From the NCBI GenBank assembly GCA_964016885.1, contig OZ024745.1, forward strand, positions 51,212,001-51,276,000: a stretch of 64,000 bases of DNA, read 5' to 3'. Position numbers and translations under genes: made by a program. Below, in pieces: positions 52,555 to 64,000 of this stretch. The stretch comes from Eledone cirrhosa (taxonomy: Eukaryota). Each line of letters begins with the position of its first letter. The first letter of the stretch is position 1. Below the pieces are notes generated by a model. It did not search any database, was not told the origin of the DNA, and saw only the letters and a list, made by a program, of their open reading frames with translations.

Positions 52555-53342
52555 TATAATTGAATATAAAAGAGAGATAAACACAGATATACACATATAT
52601 GTGTTCAAATCGTACGAGACCAGATTTGCTAAGGGGAAAAAGATACTAACTATGGACAATCGGTTTTGCCAGACTCAATTTAAGAATAAATCAAGAAAAT
52701 AAATACAAACCGGAATTGTCGTAACTACCAGACACCCAGACAACGTTTAGTGATGCTGTTTCGCAATCCAATTGCTCGCTCATCAATCCAATCTTATTGC
52801 TCGCTCATCAGTGGTGTAAATTAGTAAACTCTTCACTTCTAAATATATCAGACAAATGAATAGTGTGCGTATATAAAATAACGCATGGCATCAGAATAAC
52901 ACATGGCATCAGAACCTAGCATGTCTCAAAAACTCATACCACTAAAAATAGCAGCCAAGTTTACTCGACATTTAAATTAGCTCAACAAATTAACGGAGCC
53001 GAATATATCAAAGGTATATATTGAGTTAGAAACTCAAGATAGTCTCTTACAATTAAATAGCTCAAAGAAAGAGATTTTTCCGAGCCGTATATAATTGAAT
53101 ATAGAAGAGAGATATACACGGATCTGTCTTCAAATTGTGTATATCTGTGTATTTGTGTATAACTGTGTTTATCTCTCTTTTATATTCAATTATAAAATAC
53201 GGCTCGGAAAAATCTCTTTCCTGTAGCTATTTAATTGTAAGAGACTATTTTGAGTTTCTAACTCAATATATACCTTTGATATATTCGGCTCCGTTAATTT
53301 GTTGAGCTAATTTAAATGTCGAGTAAACTTGGCTGCTATTTT
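52555..53342 (-). mobile_element. Non-coding hammerhead-bearing unit (~535-nt monomer, terminal redundancy, inverted extension)
   Basis: 30-bp direct repeat 52555-52584 / 53090-53119; inverted arms 52945-53119 / 53165-53342; HHR at 52732-52817. Confidence 0.65.
52732..52817 (-). ncRNA. Type I hammerhead ribozyme with true looped stem III
   Basis: acacca-CTGATGA-...gcaattggattgc-GAAA-cagc-atcactaaac-gttG-TC-tgggtgt; internal duplication in stem II. Confidence 0.7.
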
Positions 53343-53670
53343 AACATACGTTTAGATAGCTTGACGAATTGAAAATTGCGGCAGGCAAAACAACTAAAAA
53401 ACTAATCAGGTTAGACAACAGACCTGGACAAATCGAACGATATTCTGTAATACGTCCGATATGTTTCTATGAATCCGAAATCATCAATCCAATTTACGCA
53501 ATACGTAAGCTTGTGGTATATTATGATCGAACAGGGGATTCAAGTCATCGACAGGTATTTCGTTCTATGCCTTAAACCGGTGTAAACTGCAACTCAATGA
53601 CGACTGCTACAATAGACAGCCTTTAATCTTTCGTTGTCACGTGTTACTTCCAACAAGGGAAGTAACCCCC

Positions 53671-55540
53671 GATAAAGTGTGTGTGTGTGTGCTATAACCA
53701 ATCTCAAGGTCAGAATATGTTGGATAGATTGGTATGAGACAAGATGTTAAGATGAGATGAAGAACCTAGTGTACGGTTGTAGGGTTAAAACCCCCCAACT
53801 ACGAACACCTCTACATAGGAGCCACATCAACGAGCTTTAAGGACCGCTGGTACAACCATCGCCATTCATTCAAGAAGGAGGCCAAAAGGAAAATCACAGC
53901 TCTCTCCGACCTGATCTGGAAGCTTAAGCTGGACAGGACCCAATACTCTCTGGCCTGGTACATAATCAGGAAAGTACCACCCGATAAAGTGGGATCTTGC
54001 ATATGCAAACTATGCCTGAACGAGACCCTCGAGATACTAAGAGGTGGAAGCGGCCTGATAAACCTCAGAACCGACTTCTTCGGGACATGCAGACACCTTA
54101 GAGCCGAGACCTTTCTCAAGATATATGGACAGTAGTAACACAAGAAGATGTGAACTCCACTCAAGCTATAGGGATTTCTACTGAACATGAAAACACCTCT
54201 CGGCCAGACCTCCCTCAAGCTATATGGGCAATAACAACACCCTAGGTTGTGAACTCCCCTCAAGCCACAGGGAACAACCCAGGCGGAGCAGACACCATGA
54301 TAGCCTAGAGATAGAATCGTACACAGCCATAATAATTTGGCCAACATCTATAACACAAACACTTTTAATTTACCAGATTTCTGACTTTCAAGTTCCAATC
54401 TTAAATCTTGATTTCTCTTTATTAATTTGTTATTTGTTTTCTGCCCTCTTCACTGTATCACCTTATATTTATTTTAAGTTGAGATGGATTATAACACAAA
54501 CACATTTAGTTTGAATATCTCATCTTAACATCTTGTCTCATACCAATCTATCCATCATATTCTGACCTTGAGATTGGTTATAGCACACACACACACTTTA
54601 TCCTACATTATTTCTCACTTCTCCATATTCATTTTCATTACTTTTTCACCAATCTCTCATTTATTCTTTATTCTTTATTCTCTATTTATTTATTTATTTT
54701 CAAATTACACAAATTATATTAATTATTTTATTATATTATTTATTTATTTTCTGTTTTCTGCATTTATTGCCTTATATTTTTTCATATACATGGAACATCC
54801 CCCCCCCCACCCCCCACCACTACGATGGTGGCAGGAGGGATGAAGAAAAAACACAAACTGGATACTTCTAAATTGTTAGCAGCAGCAAGATATAAGCTGA
54901 CCACTACACCAACAACAGTACCAAAATAATGGTGGAGGTCAAATGTACTGAACAATAGCAGGCAAAAACACTACAGGGAGCCTCACCCCAGAAAGAATTC
55001 TATAGACTTCTGACTGAGGAATGCTCTCAGAACTGACCAATGGGAAGTTTGACACTTTTCTTGTAATTTTGTTCTTCTAACACCTTGTCCCTTCTACCAT
55101 TTTATCAATTTTTAAGCTAACTCCAACAATAACAACACTTAGAATGAGGAATGTTCTAATAACTGACCAATGAGAGGAGAAGGGGACCTTTGACACTGAA
55201 ATTCGTTTGTTTGAATTCGTATGACTCCAGTTCCTCAGTGAATTAACAACCAAACAAGGAACTGGGCATATCAGAGTATTGACAATATTATACACCTAAA
55301 CAACATATGGACTTGTCTATACCATACTAATTCAAACTGCCTGAAGAGGTCACAGCCAAAGATGGCTGTCACTGAAATATATATAGCAGTAATAAACGAA
55401 GCTAAATTTTAATCATTTGACATTTATTTAACTTTATTTTACACTACTCCGGAGTAACCAAACCAACCTGCGCACTTCGTCGAGTGCTCCAGCCTGCATA
55501 CTGAGGTGTTGGTATACAACCAACACAAACTCAAAATCTC
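53671..55540 (+). mobile_element. 5'-truncated Naiad-like PLE (family B) with inverted 5' segment
   Basis: NLVYGC..YIGATSTSFKDRWYNH..CKLCLNE..CRH* at 53763-54135 (one frameshift); 53671-53758 is the reverse complement of 54517-54602. Confidence 0.9.
55336..55390 (+). ncRNA. Hammerhead ribozyme of PLE family B
   Basis: actgc-CTGAAGA-ggt-cacagcca-aaga-tggctgtc-act-GAAA-TATATA-TA-gcagt, then aataaa. Confidence 0.85.
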
Positions 55541-55632
55541 TCTCTCTCTATATATATGTATGTGTATATATATATATACACATGCATACATATATATGCA
55601 TATATATATATATGGATTGATTGCACCTCTAT

Positions 55633-55677
<45 letters not shown>

Positions 55678-56554
55678 TATACATATATATATATATATGC
55701 ATATATATGTATGCATGTGTGTATAAATGTATATATGTGTGTGTGAGGATGTGTATGTAAATGTATGTACATGTACAATTTCTACGTTTGAGAGTGTGTG
55801 TGTGTGTAGGCATTTTATGAACGTGTGCGTGTATGTGTGTGATCGTGTATACGTGGATATATTTATTTATTTATTTATATCCGTTAATTTTGTTTTTGAT
55901 TTTGTTTATAACAGTTTTTTATTGTAATGCTCGGGATAAGTGCGTCAGTTGAATTCTAGGCCTGTGTTTGGTCATTCTATATGCTTGTTTGTGTCTTTGC
56001 TGGTTCGTCCACAGATTTGATGTGGTTTTTGTTGTGTTAACATTAGTCTGAGGATCAGGCAGACTTGAGAAATATTTGTAACCAGGATTGAGCAATAGAT
56101 CTCCTATGAAACACCTCCAATTTGTTCTTATATTATATATATATATATATATAATGCTTGTGTGTGTACAGAATGGGGCGGAAATATTGAGAATATGACA
56201 ATCATAATAATAATAAGGAAGCAATTCAATCTACTGCGGACTCCTCTAAATAAACTCACGGTGTTTTGTTAGGTAACTCAGGGTCTAACCATGATGATAC
56301 CTGGAAATTAGGAGATGTCATTCGGAAGAAATGGACAAAAAAAAGGATCGTTAAATATGCGCGGACGACGGGTGAACATAAAATTTATAAATATATATGC
56401 GTGAAAAATCACAAAAAGCCTGTGAAATGAAGATCAGACAACGGATCGTTAGTATTAGGAGACAAATACTGTCATGGAGAATGGAACGCTAAACGGACGA
56501 AAATAGATCAATGAAGCGGCAGACTAAGGTGATGTATCCGCCTCAAAATAGAGC

Positions 56555-56626
<72 letters not shown>

Positions 56627-58016
56627 AGTACCTCTGACATGTTAGGAGATAACAAAGGGAGATGGTCAAGTCGACAGCGGAAGAGAGAGTAGTAGTAAAG
56701 ACAAACATGTCACCTTCCATATATATATATATATATAGAGAGAGAGATATATACAAAGAGAGAGAGAGAGATAGAGGAGGTGGAGAGAGAGAGATAACAA
56801 GAGTGAGAGACAGAAAATGTTATCTGTACACGAACACGTACAGACACAAGTTTACACATTCATACACAGACATTTACAAGTAAACACACAGGTAGTTGAT
56901 ATATATTAAATTTATATGCTTTACACGTATTTACTGTCATATCGCTTTCAAAATTAAATATATCATATGAATTTGATATGGCAGAATAGTCACATTTGTG
57001 GCATTATAACATCGCGAATACGATCTTTCTCTTCCCACCTTATAATCACTGTAGTTACATACATTTACCTTAATTGATACAAGCACGTAACTTATTTTAA
57101 CTTTTCGAAAATTGTTTCACCTCTAACTGTGCTTCATAGTCTATTATATAGATATTATTGATCGTGTTTTCAGAGTAGACATTCTTTCCAGGTTTCATAA
57201 ATGAGTAAGAGTAGAAGCCTAGCTTGATTACTCGATAAAATAATATGACTGGAATTGTAGTTTAGTTTCAAAGTGTCTGCAATTACTAAATTTATCGACC
57301 TAATGCCGATGCGTTTCTACATGAACAAAAGATTTCAGAGATAACTATCATTTGATAAATCCTCGTGGCCATCATCTTTTTTTGTCATTCTCTGTCCGTT
57401 CCAATATTGATCTATATATTTCACTAGCATCTATAGTAATTACATAAACATTTTAAAAACCAATTTTAGCATGCAAAGCAAAGCAGTTATACTTTATATT
57501 TCTATCTCAATTAGTTCCATGTGAACTTTCATTTCACAAAATTAAAGCACATTATTAGATACTCAAATTCATCTAAACGATATTTTGGCGCATCCGTTCT
57601 ACCCAACCCTTTTGGGTGTAAAACATCATTAATATTTAGGTTTACTAGATTTATATATTGTGGCAAAATATTTTTTTCTCTTCAATGGAAATCTATTGTT
57701 CCTAATAAAGATTATACGGGAATAATCCGATTGATTCCATAAATAATACTTATTTTATCTGAGGATGATATTTAGAGTGTAAAATTCGAGAGCTATATTA
57801 TTATCGCTCACATACACATTTTCTGATTCCACAATTTCACTATTTTTGAAATTTGTTTTTATAAACCAGTTCTATTTAACTACCACCATGATACATGTTA
57901 ATAATTTTGATTCATATTTAATTTCAACCATATTTATAAATTTGCTACAACAAATCGTCAATGTGGTTACTACGTATAGAGTAATCTTTGCATTTATCAT
58001 CAAAATATGCCTATTT

Positions 58017-58076
58017 AAAATATTTTGAATTGAGGTCATCAATATATATATCGATGACCTCAATTCAAAATATTTT
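58017..58076. repeat. 60-bp near-perfect palindrome
   Basis: 24-bp perfect arms aaaatattttgaattgaggtcatc with a (TA) centre. Confidence 0.9.
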
Positions 58077-58173
58077 ACACAGGTTCTATACACAGGTTCT
58101 ATACTTGTATATTACGTAAACAGTTGAAGAAAGAAAGTTATATTGAGTAATGAATTATTACTTTTCTCTGCAG

Positions 58174-58210
58174 GTCTTCTCTTGAAGAAGTAAACGAAAA
58201 ATTGATATAA
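58174..58210 (+). other. Possible terminal exon of an unidentified host transcript
   Basis: Strong acceptor cttttctctgcag|G; all frames close within 37 nt (longest SSLEEVNEKLI*). Confidence 0.25.
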
Positions 58211-59055
58211 CTAATCTGTTCTGTTATTAAAGTTATATATTGTTATTTCTCTGGATATTGGTAACATCATTAAGACTGGTAACGCAGCAGGATATTAGGC
58301 TGCAAAGATACTGCAATAGCTACGTTATATCATAATATTTATCATAAACGTTACAGATTTAATCACAAATTGCTATTTCTGTTTCCTTGAAATTAAAGAT
58401 CTCTAGTTGCTCGAGAAAATCACAGTACACGTCTGGTTTTTCAGTTTTTGTTGCTCTTGCAAATTCTCTCCTGTTTTAATGTTTGATATATTTCTATATA
58501 TGTCATTCGCTTTTGAATTTATATTAAGAGCTCAGAATTGTTCCTTGCATTCCTTTTCATGTGATATGGCGCTTGTCTGTAATTTTCTCAGACACGACAT
58601 TTGTCTTCCTTTTAGTAATTTTAATATGCTCCGGATTGGTATTTTAGTCGAGCTTTTTACTGTTGAAAGTTTTTTTTGTCTGCTATTTCTAGCATACCTA
58701 ATCAAGTCACATAGACAAAACTGAGACTCGCAGTTTTGTTTTGTTGCTTTTATTTTGAAACTCTATGTGCGTTTCGGCCAGTTCTTAGATTTGTTTTAGC
58801 AGTGTAAGTTCATATAGTTAATTTTCTCTCGTCGATGATCCTAATTAACCGTGGAACTTAACCATTTGAAGGGTGAAACAAGGTTCTGCAGCCATAAAGG
58901 AACTATGTACGAGAGAATAAAAAAAATATATATAGTTATTTATTTATGTGTGTGTGAACATATATGTATGAATGAGTTATTCATCAGTATATTGTCTGAT
59001 ATAGCGAGGGTTACCCCTTAAATCAGTGCTAAAGAAACGCAAGCGCATCATATAC

Positions 59056-59873
59056 TTGACATTCGAAAAGGACCTTCATTCCTTGCACGTGTGCGTAATT
59101 GCAATAATTTCTTTTTGGTAAATCGTATATCTTGAAATCTGTCCATCTTTCTCTTATTAAGAATCTAAATTGTTATATGATTAGTATCAATTCAAAAACA
59201 AATTTTCTAATTTGAAAACATCAGCTGTTAGCAATTTTTGATAATTTCAATGAAACCTTTCGGGAATTCTGCACTTAAAAAGCAGTGCGGACTACACGCA
59301 CGTGTTCAATCACTGTATTTCACCATACAGGTGCCATCAGGTGCTGGCCTAATGATAATACGTTACGAAGTTATAATTAGGCACGTTTACTAAATCTTAG
59401 TGATTCAACATGTTACGATCCCTCTTAAGTGTAAAAACATCAATATTTTCTCCAGTATCCTTGTAAACACTCCTATAATATCGACTGCAGATTATCGCTC
59501 AACTAGGAACAGTCATACACAACAGTTTATAACAGGTTCAGCGATATAAACTATGTATTATATTAAATCTTTGTTTACAATAGTGTTCGATATAACCCAC
59601 ACGTACATATGTATTTCTATATATGTGTATGTATGTGTGTACGTGTGCATACTTACATTTATATATATATATATATATACAGACACGCACACAAACACAC
59701 ACACACATACACACACAAACACACACACATATATATATATTGACATTCGAAAAGGACCTTCATTCCTTGCACGTGTGCGTAACTGCAATATTTTCTTTTT
59801 GGTAAATCGTATATCTTGAAATCTGTCCATCTTTCTCTTGTTAAGAATCTAAATTGTTATATGATTAGTATCA
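59056..59873. repeat. 134-bp direct duplication (59056-59189 / 59740-59873)
   Basis: 3 mismatches seen. Confidence 0.95.
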
Positions 59874-59874
59874 G

Positions 59875-62807
59875 AAAATGCATTCAAAATTTAACGATAA
59901 AAATCATAGGAAAACAGAGTCAAGATAAATTAATAAAAACAATGAAATAAAAACAAAGAACTGGTTCCTTATATAAAAAACCCATCATTTTACGATCGTT
60001 TCTGGGATATATATGTGTATGTTGGTATGTATATCATATTAAGGATCTATGTAAAAAAAAATTACAAATTATCAGAGGAGATATACATACCTTCACTTAT
60101 ATATGCCATCTTCAGAAATGATGAAGTATGTTTATTGAAAGAAAGTATTAATACAAAAAGTCTGTTTGGGAATAGGTTTTGAATTGACCAATAGAAAAGT
60201 TAGAGGTCAAGTTGATAGAATAACCGTAGTAGAAACTTTATGCTAGGAGTGGAGGAATGTAAATTTATGCTTTGAATGAAAAGGAAGAGAAAGGTAGGGG
60301 ATAAAATGAGGTCAAGTTAATGAGATAGTGAAGGATTCCCCCCAAAAAATAAACATTGATGTTATTAAAGAATGTTGTTAAAAGAATAGGGAAAAGAATG
60401 TTTTGTTGGATGAGTGTGTTAGTGAGAAATACTACGCCTGTTTAAATTTTAAAGAACCTACATACATAAAAGGAAATTAAATTAATTGATAGGTATACTT
60501 ACAGAGTTAAATTATATTAATTCTTATGGAAGTGATAAATAAAGAAGTAAAAGAAATTAAAAAAAATATATATATATAGAAAGACTGAAACAGATAAAAT
60601 TTTATAACTATCTAAACAACCTTAATATTAAAGATATTAATTATATTTATTAATCCTAGGTATTGAACGTGATAGATAGGGGATGTGGTTAAAAGAAGTA
60701 GTGAGGTTAAATATAACTTTAGGTAAAGTGAGCTGCAAGAGGGAAATACAATTATGAAATTCTTTGTAGTAAATATTTATTATAGGTAAACTAAATTAAA
60801 AATAATTATAATAATTTGTAAAATATAAGAGTAAGGTATATATTAATTAAGTTTATAGTATTTGAAGGATTTTTAATTCTATGATTGCATGATATAATTA
60901 ATTCCTGTCGCTTATTTAATAGGATATCATTAGATTTCCTGATTTCAAATAGTTCTTGGGAGCATAACCTACACTCATATCTACTATTTTGATAAGGAGT
61001 GGCCCTTTTGAGCACGTTCCAGGTCAGGTTATAATCAATATCCTTCTTTCTATAATTATTAATTGCTTCAGCCAAGGAGGTTGTATTAGCTAATGCGCCA
61101 TTTTTAAAACTATGTTTGTGGGTATTAAATCTTACTTTAAATTGGCTAGACGTAGCTCCTATATAGGATTGAGTGGAGTCCTTATTACTAACTACACATT
61201 TATAGACTATATTATTAATAAGACAATTTCCCTTTAATGGGCAATTTCTTTTGATTCTACAGTTACAGCCATTCGTAAATATTGCGTCAGGAGAGTTGTG
61301 TTATCTATAGTGGTAATTGTGTTATCTATAGTGGTATTAATGTATGGTATAGAATGGGTTGTAATTAGATTAGTATGGTTAGACAGGTTGTTGGTGGGTG
61401 ATAGTTTAGAGGATGTGGAGCTAGTAGAACTCTGTTTGTTTTGGAGATTATTAGTCAAAGTTGGTGTGGAGTTTACGGGACCTATTATTGGTGTAGAAGA
61501 AGGTGGTTTGTTTAGGTTTACTTTAGTATTATTATGGTTGGTTTGATGTGTTGGTGGTATATTTATGTTTTTTTTTACACTTATATGTGTTGTATATTCT
61601 TGGTAGTGGAGTATGAAAATTTGACAGTAGATCTATTTAAAATTTGATGGTATTTATAGTTTGGTGGGAAATTTTTCTCTAGGATAGCAAATATTTTTTT
61701 TAGGGATATTGTCTTTAATCTGTAGATTCAATGGAGCATTATACCAAGTAACCCGTCTATTACGGTTTCGACATTGTTTCTTATATTTATATCATGTATC
61801 TGGTTTAGTTAGATTAATTGATGTTTTAGTTTGATTACTAGAAATTTTGTTAGATATGTTGTTGACGTATGTAAGAGTTTTAGGGTGAATAGTTTTCTGA
61901 AAGTCATTATCTTTTATGTGAGAAGAGGTAGAGAAATTAAGTTTTGGGTTGGTGTTTTTAGGTGTAGTATGAGTGTCGTTTAGGTGTGGGTTTTTCATTT
62001 GGTGTTTGTTGGTAATATTAGGTTGTATGTTTGAAATATTATTGGTGCAAGGTATATAGACTAATTTGTTCTTATGGCCGCTTCTGGCTAAAGCTTCGTT
62101 ATAAAAGGGCGCGTTTTTATCGAATACATCATGATTTGATGAAACCTTAGAGATTCTGAGTGAGATATTATATGTTAGGATTTTAAGGATAGATTTAGGG
62201 TGATTAGATTGTGAGTGTATGTAATGCAAGTTTTGGTTAGGTTTATGGTAAGGTTGGTAGATACCTGTAGATAGGTCAATAGTTATATCTAGGAAATTGA
62301 CTATTTTACTGGTGTTTTCAAATATAATAGTGAGATTATAATAGTCTTTGAGGAAAGTTCTAATAATTTTTTTATTTCTTTCAATTTCCGATAGGCTAAG
62401 ATTAGTGGATAGAAGAAGACAGTCATCACGATATAAACCATCTTTAAGGTGGGGAAAAGATTAATTAATGTTAAATAGAAGAAAAAGGCCCACAAGATCG
62501 GTAATTTGGGCAGAATCACTAGAGCCCATAGTTATGTCGAAGAGATTACTATATGTATTTCTGGTCCATTACTCCTTCTGAAATTCAAGTTGTGTTTGTC
62601 TAGCGTGCGTGATAATATTGATGTCATCCAATATCTTTAATATTACGGTTGTTTAGATAGTTATAACATTTTATCTATTTCAGTCTTTCTATATATATAT
62701 ATATTTTTTTTTACATTTCTTTTACTTCTTTATTTATCATTTCCATAAGAATTAATATAATTTTAACTCTGTAAGTATACCTATCAATTAATTTAATTTC
62801 CTTTTAT
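59875..62807 (-). mobile_element. Decayed 5'-truncated Naiad-like PLE (family C) with inverted 5' segment
   Basis: FDITMGSSDSAQITDLVG, GLYRDD, SNHP, YIGATS, CRLC..E, SCNH; 62630-62807 is the reverse complement of 60466-60638. Confidence 0.9.
59983..60123 (-). ncRNA. Hammerhead ribozyme of PLE family C with 106-nt stem II domain
   Basis: catcattt-CTGAAGA-tggcatatata..ggtatgtatatc...gatatacatacc..tatatatccca-GAAA-CGATCG-TA-aaatgatg. Confidence 0.85.
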
Positions 62808-63186
62808 ATTTGCAGATATTCAATTTTCAAATGCTATTTATCCTACCGTGTCTTCAGAGCAAAGGCTAAAGTGTAAATTCCCTTGTATTTCTTAAAGGGA
62901 GTTATTGGGAAAGATAGAGTAGAAAATGAAGAGAGAAAGAAGGGGAGAGAGAGATATGTACGGATCGGAGAAATGGGAGAGAGTGGTTTGAAGAATACAG
63001 ATAGCTTAATCTAAATGTTGTGATAGGGGTCCAACAAGTGGTTTTATTATACTGCTTACTCTCAAAGTGACAACTTAGGCATTGTGTTGATATTGTCAAG
63101 TTTGGAATTATATATTGCCACAGAGAGCAGGTTGATAGATGTGGAGAAGGAGGGAGACAAACAGAGGGCGAGAGAGAGAGAGAGTG

Positions 63187-63219
<33 letters not shown>

Positions 63220-63748
63220 AAGGGAGAGAGAGAGAGAGAGAGAGGGAACAGAAAAAAGCTAAGAGAAGGGGAAGGAAAGGCGGTATACACCGAGCTCGTA
63301 TATATATATATATTTATATATATATATATATATATACATATTAGACACGAATTAGACACGAACAGCCAACAACAGAGGGCACGTTCTATTCCTCTCCGAC
63401 AGATAACCTCCCCTCCCAGAACCCCCCCAGTTGATGGATGCGAATCCGAAATATAGGGATAATTAACTCTCTCCCAAGGTAATTTATTTTTTATGTTCGT
63501 TCCTACGTTCCTCTACACACTTTACATCTGATTCTACATTCCCTTACATCTCGTGTTATTATTTTTATTTTTCCGCTCTTTCCTACGTTCCTCTACACAC
63601 TATACATCACATTCTACATTCCCTTACGTCTCTCTCTTCACCACCGGATCCTGTTACCCGGAGAATTACCCATCTGCATTGTTGAGGCTTCCAAAACGTC
63701 CAAAAGATAATAAATCTTATTATTCCACAATGCTTCAAGCAAACTTCA

Positions 63749-63878
<130 letters not shown>

Positions 63879-64000
63879 CAGTGCCAGAGTGGGTATAAAA
63901 AAATACTTACATCAGCAGTGAAAGAAAGCAAATTGATTGACCAGAAAGATTTCATGTTGTATACGATTTATGAATAATGACAGGACAAAGAAGTAAATAA

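Noticed and set aside
53811-54347. 178-aa signal-peptide-like ORF on the - strand
   Set aside because: Antisense to the GIY-YIG remnant.

Overview
AT-rich, microsatellite-dense eukaryotic DNA, probably an octopus or other coleoid cephalopod intron or intergenic region (inferred from the SINE and repeat types). No host protein-coding gene is securely identifiable. The window is mostly retroelements. (1) A very young Penelope-like element (Naiad-like RT + C-terminal GIY-YIG, intact 773-aa ORF) forms a 9.7-kb tandem-plus-inverted composite with both ends in (TA)n. (2) Two older Naiad-like copies each carry an inverted segment at the truncated 5' end. (3) A Tx1/L1-type LINE has an ORF1-ORF2 spacer that looks like a 39-nt GT-AG intron whose removal would fuse the two ORFs in frame. 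(4) R4/Dong-type and RTE-type LINE remnants, tRNA-derived SINEs and a mariner MITE are also present. Reading by eye gives about 15 hammerhead-ribozyme-like motifs (intact and decayed), several with very long or branched stem II domains, one within a ~535-nt non-coding retrozyme-like unit. Long inverted repeats are frequent. Most ORFs in the supplied track are microsatellite artefacts. All family names come from motif recognition, not from database searches.
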